A stretch of DNA of 64,000 bases from Ptychomitrium polyphyllum (lineage: Eukaryota): positions 8,432,001 through 8,496,000 of the forward strand of contig OZ316775.1 of NCBI GenBank assembly GCA_973851085.1, read 5' to 3'. How positions within the stretch are numbered: the stretch's first letter is position 1; each line of letters opens with the position of its first letter. Below the pieces are notes generated by a model. The model did not search any database. It saw only the letters and a list, made by a program, of their open reading frames with translations, and was not told the DNA's origin. The position numbers and the translations under genes are program-made. Shown here in pieces: positions 1-13,688 of the stretch.

Positions 1-177
1 GTGTATCGTTCGATGAACGAGGTGCTGCATTCGTCGGCTAACGATCAGGGTTATAATTCAGGTGGCTCCGGATTGAACGAAGGGTTCGGGGGCGAGCAGG
101 GACCTTCGGAACAGAGCTTCGAACCGTCGGCCGCGCAGCTGTTCACGTACGACGAGCAATCTCGCCTAGTGGACTAA
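1..177 (+). CDS. Possible 3' end of a protein-coding gene entering from the left edge (unknown product)
   Basis: Frame 1 is open from base 1 to TAA at 175-177 (VYRSMNEVLHSSANDQGYNSGGSGLNEGFGGEQGPSEQSFEPSAAQLFTYDEQSRLVD*), with GC-rich, coding-like codons. No recognisable motif. Confidence 0.4.
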   Translation: MYRSMNEVLHSSANDQGYNSGGSGLNEGFGGEQGPSEQSFEPSAAQLFTYDEQSRLVD

Positions 178-400
178 GCAGGGCGGTGGGGGCAGGTGCA
201 CCGCGCGCTGCAGTTTTGTGCACACACTTGAATTTTGTGCGGGCCGTACTCGTACGGAAAGTTTATCCATGTAAATGGCTCTCAATGTGGTGCATCAACA
301 ACATCAAGGGAGGAATCGACGAGGTCGAGGGAGGGTGTGGACAGAGACACGGCGAAGAGCGGGGGATGGCGGCGGAAGAGGAGACGCGAGGAACAGAAGC

Positions 401-441
401 CCATTCATTCATCCATTCATCCATTCGTCCATTCGTCCATC
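401..441. repeat. (CATT/CATC/CGTC)n low-complexity microsatellite
   Basis: ccattcattcatccattcatccattcgtccattcgtccatcc. Confidence 0.8.
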
Positions 442-2313
442 CCGCCGTGGAGCGGATCGCTGGTCGGAGCAAGCATGCAAGCAGGTGTGGGGTTGGGTCG
501 GTGGTGGCGGCGGTGAGAGAATAGACGCGGAGCGTCTGTTTTGTCGAGATAACAGAGAAGGCTGTTTGTGTCGCAGTAGGAGCTGCACGGCAGGGAGCGG
601 ACGAGTGAGGGTGAGTGAGAGTAGGAGTATCCGCAATGCAGGTAGAGTTGAATTCGTCCGGTGGCGGAGCGGCTGCCCAGATACGGACGCCGTTGGAGCG
701 AGGATGGTGGGCGGTCGACAGCCAGAAACGAGGGTTTTGTTGTGGTACAGAAAGCGGACCGGGCGCTCTGTACACGAGGAATTGGCAAGAGTGGGTGGGG
801 ATGACTTTGAGGTTGCTGGCTGCAACCAGGAACATGGAAGTGGGGCGTACTCTGTAGATGTGAAGTTATTTTTTGTTGGTCCAAAACGCTTGTACACGAT
901 CCAGCACAGATGGGACGCTGCACATATTTAATCTTTTATTCTAGAGGTACCTGCCGAAGGTTGAGTGAGGTGATGGATGATACGGAGGCATTGTGGAGAT
1001 CGATGTTGTGGAGGGGTTGTTTGTCGTTTGGTTGGTTGGGTGTGTATCTTGTCCGAGTGATCGTTCAGAGGTGAAGTTCTGCAGCGGTGGTCGTGAATTG
1101 TTCGCGGGCAATTGGAGGCGGCGGTTTAAGTCCTAATTGGTGGATGGCGATTTCCTGTTGAATGCTTGACGGTTCAGGATTTCGCAGCGAGTGTGTTTGG
1201 TTACTGCACATGTCTCTGTCCTTTTATCTTCACGTCGAGTTTCAGATCTCAGAATCAAATTTCTGAGTTCGTCAGGATCGACCCCCCAAGTGTTGCGATT
1301 GCTACATTCTTGTTGGTTTTGTAAGATGAGGGTATTGATCCAGCCAAATCGAGAATGGATGAGCAAAGTACTGTCTTGTGAAGGCACTTTTCTGTAGGGT
1401 TCGGGTGGGGATTTCGGTTGTGCATGTCAAGCCCGGAGTGGTGCAGAAGTGGAATGTTTCAGAGAGTGTTTTGTTCGTGCTCATGTAGGTACTTAAAATT
1501 GTTACTGAATGCTGATGCGTTGCAGACGAAGGCGGTGGAGCATGCAGCATGAATGTGCTAGGGAAAGAATCCACAAGGGGATCTTGTGATTCAGCATGAT
1601 GTGTAAGAGGAACGAAGAATAGCTTGTAAATGAAGCGTCATTTCCTGTTACACCCTAGCACTATGCCGACAGGATGCATGGTGTATTGATACGTGAAGGA
1701 TATGTGCTGTTGCTGCATGTACAATATTGGGTGTTGGAGATTGAAGGCGAAACGAAATGCAATTAAATTTTATGTGCAATTGTGGATTTTGTATTTTGAT
1801 CGATGTGGCTGGTGGGGAATACTGGATGCAATTTTTTGGATGTCTTTAAAGATGACAGAATGTGAATATACGGAACTCTGAAGTACCGGTGATTAGGAAT
1901 CAGTATAATTTATTTAAAAATGTTCTGGTTATGACAATGACGAGTTTGGAGGACTTTTCACAAGGAAATTTCGAGTTTGAATTTTCACAAGGACTGGAAA
2001 ACAGGTAAGAGGTTGTGTGACCTCTATGTGTGTATATGAATTTATATTGCAGGAGAGTGCACAGTATATCTGCAAATACAATGCATATCTGGGTATGATG
2101 CGTCAGAATACGTGGAAGGGTCCAAGACAGTGTTCTAGACCAAGTTGCAAATAGAATTAAAGGCACAATTTGAGAGGGACTTGGAGACAGTGTGCAAGTG
2201 ACGGTTTGAATTCATGGTGGACAGGGTTTGAGTCAATGTGCAAGAGAGAGGTTTGTACAAAATAGGAGACAGGAGTCGAGAGTGTCCAGTATTCATATCT
2301 GATCACATTGAGC

Positions 2314-2492
2314 TCAGTGGTCAACAACAAATGCACTTGGCCTCCATTTGGGCATGCTCCCAAAAACTTCTTTTTCCAACGCCTTCATCCAGGGCCGCAA
2401 GATGCGGCACTCAGATGGAGTAATCTTGTATGCTGTAACCTTGGAATGCCATTGCGGAAATTGTTGAAGAGTGCGATTGTATACAATGGGGC
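2314..2492 (-). pseudogene. Decayed MULE (Mutator-like) transposase / SWIM-MULE gene fragment
   Basis: After a tgcag acceptor, the minus strand reads APLYTIALFNNFRNGIP, then a frameshift, then VTAYKITPSECRILRPWMKALEKEVFGSMPKWRPSAFVVDH*. This matches the MULE core pattern (PLxTLLVFD..xxxPVAWIIT...WMKAL...P.W....F.VDD). Confidence 0.65.
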
Positions 2493-3045
2493 CTGCATTG
2501 GCACTCAATAGTTGAGAATTTGTTGATGAGTTCAAAGCAAGTCTCATGAGCGTCGGCAGGTGCGAGTCTTACAACCTTTGATACAAGAGGCGTACGTATT
2601 AGAACTCTCGGCGTTCTTATGGTTTACATTGAACTGCATCAGCGGCAATGGATTTTTGCTAGCTTTGCTCCAACTCGTGAATTTGTTGCGAGTTTTTCCT
2701 TGTGCGTACCTTGGATGGCTTCTAAATGGCATTTGGTGTGTATTTGAGGAATGGAGTATTCCTCATGGAATAGAAATGTGAACTTGACTGTTCATATTTT
2801 AACATCTTAGAGGAATAAGGTTTATTTAGTTTCCTTTGATGACTTTTCAACACATTGGAACTGCATAATGCATAAGATGTTGATTCTTTCTAATGCTCCT
2901 AATTGTAATTGAGAAAGTAATTTATTCCTTGCACTAATATCATCTTTAATGCAATGTTTTCAATCAAATCAATCTTTAGTTTAAAGGCCTTCACCTTGTT
3001 TGAAAGCTTTGCATTTCAAATTTTGATATTTGAAATGCAAAGCTT

Positions 3046-3107
3046 TCAAATATTTGGTTGTTTACATGATTCATTCCAAATATTTGGTTGTTTACATGAT
3101 TCATTCT
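3046..3107. repeat. 30-bp direct tandem duplication
   Basis: caaatatttggttgtttacatgattcattc occurs twice in tandem. Confidence 0.9.
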
Positions 3108-6100
3108 TCATGCAGCTACATTTAGGACAATATAGAGGCATTTTATTTTTTTGGAAGATTTGCAACCTTATTTGACAAATAGACGAGTTTTTTCATTGTA
3201 ATCATTGGAACAACGTTACTGTTGCCATTCAAATGGTTTTTTGCTTTTTTGCTTTCTTGCTGCGTGCATTCTTTGAGTTGATTATCTTTGGTGTTATTTG
3301 CAAAATCATTTTGTAATGCACTATTTAGATTCTAGTGGCAATGATACATGGTAGTTTTGATGTAAGTAGTGGAATTTGACTTGGCCATCATATCCTAGAT
3401 ACATTGAGGATGATTTTACCAACTAATGTTGTTTTGTTATCAAATCTTTTGTTTTTTCAATTTTGAAGTTTGGTTCATATCCTCATAATAAACAATCATT
3501 TGGTTTTTTAGTAGTTATAACATATAACCACTTAGAGTGAGTTTTTCCTAACTTAATGCACTCACTTCACATCCAAACGTTTTGAGTTAGTGTTGATCTA
3601 ATGTTAGTTTTATTAGCTTTAAGTTTAATGTTTTAGGTTTTTTTGAGAATTTTATTTTGTGTTTATGACTATCAATTCTAGCATTTATGATTTATTATTT
3701 TATGTTGTTATAAGTCATTAATATTGTGATTTAGATGCAATTTATTCTATCTGAAATAATTGTTGTGTGTAGTTTGTGGACACCAAGTCTAGTAGAGATG
3801 GATTTTATCTAAATTGTTAAAGAGGTATACAATGGAAGTACTTCTTTGGCTTGGCATTCTTTTGTATTTTTAGTTTCGATAAGTGTCGTTTTGAGTTAAG
3901 AGGTTCTTATTGGGTTTTGTTTCGAGATAGTATTATATATCAGTATGAATGCTGAAGTGTTGAGGTCAGACTTACATTTTCGATATGCCCCTTCATGGAT
4001 TATACGATAACTTAACCATTCGTGTAACCGCTTCTTTATATATATGGCAAGGAATATGAACTTTTCCAAATTTTATGTTAGAAATACTTTTTCATTTATA
4101 TGCGCAGCTTCATCGAACAAGTGAGGATCAATCGTGAGCGAAGGGGGGAATGTGTTCACATTGTCCTCTCAAATTCGTTGAAGAAGGGGAAGATTTCTGT
4201 TAATAGAGACGCCTTGCGATCACAGCTCATTGTCTCGCGCAGGCCAAGAACCAGTCTCCTGCCACCCAACGGTCGCAGGGTTGCCCGCCGCCGCCTGCCG
4301 TCCGCCCACCGGTCACCGCCTGGCAGTAGGTCACAGCAGGCCGAAGACCCGAGACCCAGAGCTCGGTTGCCCGTGCCGTTTGGGCCCCGTAGCCGGAGGG
4401 GAGAGGGGGCGGAACCCCACACCCGTGGCATTTGGGGCTTACGAGAATTTAGGAAGTTTTGACTATCCTTTCTCTTATTATCATCTTTTCTTTAAAGTTT
4501 TTGTTTTAATTGTAGTTCTTTTTCCCATTTCACCCAATTTGGATTTATTTGTTTCTAAAGAATTTGCTTGAGCAAAATGGGAAGGTTTTTATAGTTCAAA
4601 ATATATAGTAACACTTAATAAGTGCAAAGATTAATTTTTAGTGCCATCTTTGTTTCTTTTTCTACAAGTTCATGTAACTTATGGCCATCTATGGCAGATG
4701 AGCACTAGTAGCTCTTGTCAATTTTAAATTTTGCAATGTATTGTTTGGAAAGGAGGGTCTAATTTATTATTTTTAGATTTTGTTTTTGATCCTTTTCATA
4801 ATTGTACACATCAATGCTGTGATTTTACAATTTTTCTTCATTTTATATTATAATAGTCTATGTTTTATGGACGTATTATAGGGTAAATTTGCTTCCCTAA
4901 TTGGAAGTTGAGATTTTAAACTTAAATGATGAAGAAGAAATGGTGGTCTTCCAAATTCAAGGATTGGTATGTATTTAAATTACTACCACAACATTTGGAG
5001 CACAAGGTTTTTAAACTTATGAAAGATAGAGTAAACAATATTTGTTTCAATTGTTCAAGTTATAGCAGGTTTGATAGTTCCTTGTTGGGCTTATCTTTGC
5101 CTATAAAGAGGGATCTATTGCCAATTCGATTTGTATGGTGCTTGAAGGCACCAAAGTATAGGCTTTAATAATAAGATCATTCTCAAAAGGCAACAATTCA
5201 GCCACTTTTTTACAAATGGCATTAGATACTCAAAAACTTTGTTTGTTATAGAAGAGCTACCAATATTTTATCCATTTTGATTATTTATTGCACATTTAAA
5301 GCTTGATTATGGAAGTTTCAATTATAATCAAATGCAATGCATTTAGACATTTCAACATGAAAAAATAAGTACACTAAAGATTATGTAAGGTAATATGGCA
5401 CAATTTGTACTAAAATTTGAGGGTGTATGTTTTAAGAGCTAAATTGTTAAAATACACTTGTCAAAAATCAACAATTGGCATTTGGATTTGGCTTCTCTAA
5501 GGATCAATTATCATGGCAAGGCAATATTGGAATAAATGTTTGCCTAAGTTGAAAAATGTGATTAGGCTCTTTCTTAGCATGATGCCACTAGCATGATTTC
5601 TTAGATGATGGATAATGTTAAGTTTTAGAAGTTTGTCATAGCCATAAGTAACTTTGCATATATCCATTATGAGAAGCATTTGAATTGTTGGAATTGTGGT
5701 GAAGTTGGTCACTCAAAAATGATGTCAATTATCTTTAAAGAAAGCAATTCCACTAGAAAAAAAAGTTTAAGGAGATAGAAGTGGCCAAAACCAAAAGAGA
5801 AATAAAAAAAGAAACAGTTGAAGTGTAATAATTGTGGTAGGCTTAACCATTGCGGACCATTGCTTCATTTTGCATCCATGTGGTCTGTCCACTACACTTG
5901 AATACTACATTTTCTACACTGGTCCTAGAATTCATAATTTAAAATGTACACCTCGGTTAATGACTGGTCGGCTCTGGGGGCACGATGACGACCTTTCCAA
6001 TGCGTCCACCGCACCCTTCCCCGAAACGAAGCGCGTTACGACGTTACGGCCGCCACGGCGACGTGGTTGGCCGCGCAGTCACGGCGAGGTGGGATGGGGC

Positions 6101-7015
6101 CATGCAAATGAGACCTCCGCACTGCAGTCGTGGCAGTGGTGCTCGTCGCGAGAAGAATGGCAATTGTGGTGATGCGCAGAGCATCCTCCGGCATAGTTCC
6201 GGCCGCTCCTTGTCAGCTTCAAAGCCTTCACTCCTGCGTTCCCCCCGACAATCCCCTCATGCCATCTGGATTGTCATATCTGCCAATTTGAGCCTGATCC
6301 CAGGGCTCTTCGACCCCAGTTTGCGCTAGTTCCACTCTGACTTTGATTCTTCTCCTTCTTCTTTTACTTTTTTCTTTTCCGTCTTTTTTTAAAATATCAT
6401 TTTTGGGGGATTGAGTCCTCTTGAGGGTTTCATGTGCGTGCCCGGACCGAGCGTGAAGTCGTGTTGGCGCTGGGAGCACCAGGGCTGGGTTGTCTGATCG
6501 TTTCGAGTCACTGGGTGAAAATATCCTTTTTCTTGGATTACTGTGAGGTGTTGGAGTGTCGTGGACGAGTTGCCGAGATTGTAGCGCCGTGGGGTTACCG
6601 AGGGGGAGAGGGACATATCTACAGTTGGGTTTGCGTTCTAGGGCAGCTGTGCTGGCGTGTGTTTGTGGGTAGGCTTCAGGTTAGTGTAGGGGGGTTGGAG
6701 CGTCGATGGTTTGGTGCTTATCATCTTAGAGGTGCTGTGCTTTTGGGGTAGTTGAAGTTTGGGGCTTTTTGCGAGTGAGTAGGAGTTTAGCGGTGAAAAG
6801 AGGGAGAGAGGGGGGGAGGGGGTTGGGGGGAAGAGAGTTTTGGGGTTGGGGGGGAAGAGAGTTTTGGGGTTGGGGGAGAGAAAGGTTTTGCAGATGTGGT
6901 GACGGTGGAGGAGGCGGAGGGGAGTGGAATTCCCTCGTGACAGGAGTGGGGAGTTGGTAGGTGTTTGTTGCGGTGCTGAAGGAGCGTTAGGCGAAGGGGT
7001 TTGCCAACTGGGAGG

Positions 7016-9522
7016 ATGATGTCCTCAACGGCGAATACTACTAAGTGGATGTCGTATCTGGCGGAGGGGCTGCTGGGTGAGGAGGAGGTGCAGCCCTCCA
7101 ACCCTTTTTTCTGGTGTCCTACCCAGAATCCTGTTGAGCATATGGAGCACGTCGATTGCAGGTATGCTCCCTAAATTCCTGCACTGAACCCCGACGAGGC
7201 TTCTTGCTCAGATTTGTATGCCCAGGCGGCTCATTTCAGGCATTTAGCCATTTTTCCCCTTTGAGTTTGTGGGCGCTTTTGGCCTCGCGCGCTGTTCTTG
7301 ATGGTTCGCGCAAGAATGTGAGGGTCTTTTGACGGACAAGTTGATCATTGTAACAAGCATCTACTTCTAAGCATGTCGAATAAGGGGAAAGTTCGCATGG
7401 ATTCTCTCTTGGTATCTCCTGGTAGCCATGGCAACTGCAAAGACTGTTCCGCAATGTTAGTGCTGTTTTCGGTTTATTGGGTTGAATAAGCTGGTGCATG
7501 TTGGTTCTGTGGACTCAGCAAAAGGCTTACATCTGTAGCAATGGGGGTTCATCAGGAAATTCGCATGCAGCTATGGCGTGATGCGGAGCCCTTACATTTG
7601 ATGGCATTAAATTACAAAGTCATACTGCATGTGTTTAGATAGCTTTGCACACTCTTTATTCCTACCTAATTAATTTCCTGAATTTTCTATATTCACTCCT
7701 GTAGATGTCCAAAACGAGCAATTAGGTCCTGCTCCTGCTCGGGTTCTACACATGCAGACTATTGACGTCGTAATGCTTGGAAAACCTTCCGAAATTTGTA
7801 AGTTCTGGGATTATTCTATGGAAACATTATAGTAACTGCATTTGTCCTGTATACCATGCTACTTTTTAATAGCAAACGTGAACGTCTCTTCTATATTGGG
7901 CCGCACCTGTTGTCTACTTTGGATGCGTATGTTGTCTGCTAGGTATGCAAGGTTATCTGTGCGATTTGTGCTGCAGCCTGAACTCCGTTCATCACCCTCT
8001 TTCTGAAAAGATCCAAGTGGTTATACCTTGTGATGTACATGCCGTAGGTTGTCCATACCGTGTAGTTTTGAGTGTTGGGTTAGTTTGGGGTTTTCAATTC
8101 CTAAGACCAGTCGACAACGTATACTTGGTTCTCACGAGCAGTGATAATCAGGTCAGGTTGGATGGTCGGTCAGTCAAAGCACGGAGTTATCTGTAGCGGC
8201 TGTTAATTTCATCGCTCTGTTTTTGTGCAGTATGGACAACGATTGTTTGAAGGGAGAATCAGATGTGCCTGAGAAAAATTGTTCCAGGAAAAGGTGTGTT
8301 ATTCTTCACTTCGCAGACAGTCGACTCATTATTTGCCTTGTATAGAGTGGAATCTGACGTATGTATCTAGGTTACTAGTATAAGTTACACACGCACACAT
8401 GCATGTTTTCGACTAAGTTATAACATGAATTAGACATTCGACTGTCACGGAGGAGATACATATCATAGACTAACGAAGTCTGGTGCTCTGTTTTTATCTT
8501 ATGCTGTGTTAGTTCCAAAATATTAAGTTTAGGAATGGCTCCGTTCATTTGTTCTTTGTTATTTTCTCATAAGTGATCGACATGGTGGTCTTTCAGGTCT
8601 CGCGAGGAGGCTTGTGGCAGTTCTGGCAACAAAGCATGTCGTGAGAAGATGCGCCGTGATCGTCTCAATGACAGGTTAGTGCATTGACAATACCTGTTTA
8701 TGAGTTCTTGGTTTTCTGGTGCTCGCTGGATTTGACTAGTTATAGTTAAGTGCATACCAAGTGCGCTACAAATTTCCTTTACAAGCGTTAATGGTCTTGT
8801 CTTGATCATTTCAGGTTCTTGGAATTGAGTGTGGCATTAGAACCAGGCAAGCCGCCTAAGACCGACAAAGCTACTATTTTGAACGATGCTGTCCGTATCT
8901 TGACCCAGCTTCGAACTGAGGCTCAAGGTCTCCAAGAGTCCAACGATCAGCTCCGAGAAACAATTAAGGATATGAAGGTAGGGGCATTGCTGGCTACTGA
9001 TTTTTATCTTGCAATCTGTGGCTATCTTGTGCTGTCACAGTACGTATTGTTGAATCCAGAAACAGCGTTGAGAATGGCAGTAGCTTTTTGGATCCAGAAT
9101 TAGTGGCTTGTTTTGTTTGCTTCTTGAAATAATTTACCACACCTACTCAGAGACTTGTCATGAGGAAGAAGTGGAGAATTGGTTTGATGGGATACTCGCA
9201 GTTGCAGATTGATAACTTACTAAGGTTTGCCTTTGTTTCTGATCAGACTGAAAAGAATGAGTTACGCGATGAGAAGTCTCGACTGAAGGCCGACAAGGAA
9301 AGGTTAGAGCAGCAAGTGAAGGCAATGACCATTCCTACGGGATACATGCCTCATCCTGCAGCTATTCATGCAGCAGCTGCCGCCTTTGCAACACAGACAC
9401 AAGCTGCGTCCACAAAGGTAGCACAAATGGCTGCATATCCTGGTATGGCGATGTGGCAATGGATGCCACCTGCTGCTGTAGACACTTCTCAGGATCATGT
9501 CTTGAGGCCTCCGGTAGCCTAG
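7016..9522 (+). CDS. bHLH transcription factor, subgroup IVc (ILR3/bHLH105/bHLH115-like), 5 exons, ~241 aa
   Basis: Exons 7016-7161, 8231-8293, 8597-8674, 8815-8977, 9247-9522, all GT-AG and phase-consistent. Contains KACREKMRRDRLNDRFLELSVALEPGKPPKTDKATILNDAVR, the zipper EKNELRDEKSRLKADKERLEQQVK and the IVc C-terminus MWQWMPPAAVDTSQDHVLRPPVA. Confidence 0.95.
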
Positions 9523-11635
9523 AGCATTTCAGCTTTTTCCAGCGTCCTTTTTTTCTTCTCATTTCGATCTTCTCAATCCTTTGTCTTGTGTAACCTGTAT
9601 TGAGGTGGTTGGGTTTAATTTTCTGGTTTGGGGAACCCTGTGACAAAATTTTGACCTCCTCGCCGCGGCAGGAGATTTGACAGGAGTGGCATGAGTTTAA
9701 GCTATGTGCACTCTGGACTCTGTGAGTGACACCGGTTAGTATGGTACTCGGTCAACCGTGTGCCTAAGATGCAATCTCACAAGATGTCTTTGTATTTCAT
9801 AACTGACGTGCTTCAATTGAAAGAACTTTGGCCCTTTCTTTGACGGATCTCTGTCTGGAGTGTAAAGTCAGTCTTCCGCCTGGGGCTCGGCTATTCTCGA
9901 ATAAGAGCAGGAGCGAGAGAGAAACCCATGTTAGTTAGTTGGGCGAGACCCAGAGTAGTGATGTCAAATAGCTGAAGGCTTTGGTGGTCCTTGTCATGAG
10001 GAGTCTCCCTTCCTTCCCAAGGATTTCAGGAGTTAAACTGTGCTTCGAACTACCAGCGCCTGAACTGGACTTAGTTGACATTCGTTTTTGTAGTGATTAC
10101 CTTGTGATTCTTTGCTGCAGCAAGGACATTACAAGTCACTTTCTTAATTTCTCGTGTCTCGCCCTGTTTTGGATTACTCTCCCTTTCATTATTTCTGGTG
10201 TGGTATTAATACATTGATTTGTGCCTAGTGTTTCTTATCTTGCTAGAATGGTTCATTACAGTATTCCTTCGTATCCACGCTTTATCCACATTTTCCCTGA
10301 GAGCATACTCATTAATACTCAAAAACCTTTTCGCAGCCACACTAAGGTAACGGTATATTTTGGTTGGGACGTCACTCAAACTCATTCAACACGCAATAAA
10401 CATGGGAAATGCGTCAATCCGAACTTGCAGTAACATTTTTCGGAAATTAAAAAAGGAGTGAGGGAATCATAGTTGACCCAATGAATTATGAGTGACACGA
10501 TAAGACACTGTTTCTTGGACCACGATCCGGAGGCACACCCTGAATCCCGGCCAGCAGATGCCTACTGCTCCGACACTTAGAACGCATGACGTCCACCAGG
10601 CGGTGTCCCTAATGTTTCTCTTCTACCTTCCTCTCTGCTACGCATTACAATATCAATTTCTTCTTATCCAATTCTCTATTCCAAGCCTGACTACTTCCTA
10701 CTACCTCCTTCCATGTCGTAAAGGCAGGATACCACAAGAAAAAAGTTCACGGGACCTTACCGAGAGAGGGCAAGCGGCAGAAAAGGGAGGGTTCATTCAA
10801 CAAGTATTGGTGGACATTTCTACCGGACACTTTTTATCTTAGTTTCAAATATAAGTGCATTTTAATAAAAAGAAATATGGGGATAGAGGATGTGATTGGT
10901 TGGGTTCTTTACTGCTGATCCTGTACTGGTTGCACATCGGAGCTTGGCTTGCATAATCGGGAGACGCAGGATTTACACACTGATTCCACATCGAAGCTCG
11001 CCCTTAGGGTCATACTATCTACTGCACAGTATCCAGCGCAGGCTGTAATAAAATCTAGAAATATTTTCATGTCAGGAAAGAACAAATAATGTAAACTTAT
11101 GCCTCCCAACCCGTACATGGTATCCCATTGTACATGGAATCCCTTGGCCTGCAGCATCTTCCAAGTGAACAGAGCATGGAGCATGAATTATTCAGCCTTA
11201 CACATGACTTCTGCAAATTGTTCTGCAACTAACTAAATAGAAATTGAAAATTGTGCACATGTTGGTGCCCACTTGCCTGGAATCTCCAATTGTTACGTTT
11301 CCTGTATATGCAACTAGTTCAGTTGTCTCAGTTTCACAATAATTAAATAGCTTTAGGCTTATAACTAGTGCACACTTCCAAGTAAACAAGGAGCTGATAA
11401 GACCATCTGCAATGCACACGCCAAAATGTAAAAACATAATTTTTTAATCATATGGAATTAGCACATGAAAACACCAACATTGGAAGGACATTGGAAATTT
11501 ACACAAAGTAAGAATCAAAATTCTGAATTTGGACATTAGATGAAAAAATTATGTCCCTTGTAAATATAAGTAGTAGTCAAAAAGTGTCATCAATGTATTG
11601 AAATTGGATGGAGTTCATCATCTCATCAACATTTG

Positions 11636-11694
11636 TCATGACACTTAATTCCAATAACATCATGATACTTAATTCCAATAACATCATGACACTT
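11636..11694. repeat. 24-bp tandem repeat (~2.5 copies)
   Basis: tcatgacacttaattccaataaca / tcatgatacttaattccaataaca / tcatgacactt. Confidence 0.85.
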
Positions 11695-13688
11695 TTCAAA
11701 CACCATATGATATAGTGCTTACAAGGATCATAGTAAAGTTTTAATTTGCTTCCAATGATAAAATATTCACGTACTAAGTCCATATGAATAAGAAGATTCC
11801 TTTTACATTTTGTTGTGTACAAGGCAGATGTTCTAAAGTAGTCAGAAAACCTTTTAACCCCAACCCTCAGGAAGATTAATTTATGAAATGTAGGAGCTAT
11901 AGGAGGAGATGCTCCATCTAATGCTTTAAGCGGCATAATTCCATTATATGGTGTACTCAGCACGCAAAGCATTCTACTTGGTCGAGCTTGATTACGGCAT
12001 CCATAAACTTTCTCATGGGGGCCACTCTTCCTGACAAGCATAATTCATGAGTTCTCTGTAGCTGGCAACTCCCCGATGTCAGGAACCATGCGATCATTAC
12101 ACTTCAGAGTTTTTCAAGAGGGAAAAGGTCGAAGAATATATGATAGTATTCTATGATAATGATCCAAGCATAACTTGAGTAAAACTTCTTGTAACTATTC
12201 TCATGCTTAGACATGTTGAAGGCAACTGGGGTGCACCAGGAATCTAAGCCCAGGAAATTATTTCTTATGAAAACTTGTCTTTTTCTTATGAATCCAATCG
12301 TGACTTCTTTGGTAACTGTGTATGTTTTAATAAACCTATACTTGCATATTCCAACATCCAAAACAAGGTTCTGTAGCATGCAACGTAGATTGTTTAGTAA
12401 AGCTTTTTAGCTCTTCCAATAATCTCCAAAAATGGCAATCTGACAAGAAGTGTAAGTTTGACTACCGGCTTGCCAGAGGATTCAGCGATCGATAACATAC
12501 TTCGGTCGACTTACTACTGCATCATTTCATCGACGTTCATCCTCATTCATCCAAGTCCAAAAGCCATGGATGGTGGTGCTCAGTTTCTGTGAAGCTACTG
12601 AGGGCAAGAAGGACCAATAACGGTCAACTGCTTCATGTCCCAACACAGGGACAAGAGTGTTAATACATCAAATGAATCGCAATCCACATGGGTCTAACAA
12701 CATGAATCTCTCTAGATCGTGGAGAGATCTCTTCTCTTGGGACAGGCATTGCTGCAAGTCGAGGATTCTTCACAAGTTCAAACATACACTACCAAAAGTA
12801 AGACACTCCTTTTAAGACGTCAAAGTGTCTTTAGACACCCTATTTAAGATGTTTAAGGCATTTGAATTTCTTGAAAGTGCTCTAATCAACTCCTGTTTTT
12901 TGTTTTTGCTGGTGAGAGGTGAAGGGATGAGGTAGAGAACTCGGAAAGTAACTTGGTGACGTGGTCCTTGAGCCTACGATACAGACAAGTGTTTCAACCT
13001 GACCTGTTTTAGGCTTTGATTGGTGTCTTTGGGGCACGAGCTGGAGATTGAGATCGAGTGACGACATTTCAAACTTGATAGATGTGAGGGCAGCTCCATT
13101 TAGGAAAAGGCTGAACCTTATCTACCACAACTAGCACAGCCACAACGCATGAAAATGGGAACCAAGAGGAAGACTTTGAATATTTTGCAATATTAGTGAG
13201 AGTTTCAAGTGACTTCATTAGTGAGGAAATCAGTCAAGTCTTGTGAAGATTATCTCATGATTTAGGGTTTCCCGGTTATCCGCCTCCCGCATGCTCACTC
13301 CATGTGCATTGACAACAGGAGGAGATCATTTTGAGACTCATATTTCTATCAACAATCGTCTCTCTTGATTGCTTCAATTGCATGATAACACCCATAGTTC
13401 TCGAAGAATCGCACTTCGCATAGTTGTAAGGTAGAGTTTCAGTTCCAAAATAGGTTATCTCTAAGAACTGGTGTTGACCATCCATATACTTGAATTGTGC
13501 TTCCTCGGCATTGTACCTTGAAGTTGGATGGGACATTTTCTCGGCAAAGAAAGATCATACTCCGACTCCACCTCTCTCTTGCGCGGTTCACTTTTGTGCA
13601 ATGTTTCCCATTTTGTAACCTCGTACGCCTTGCCCATGTCTTATCGTTCCTTAACACGAGTAGAATGCAATTAACTGCATTGTGATCA

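Noticed and set aside
186..931. Cluster of overlapping 80-218 aa ORFs on both strands
   Set aside because: GC-rich low-complexity sequence with a microsatellite. No domain is recognisable, and such ORFs are expected by chance.
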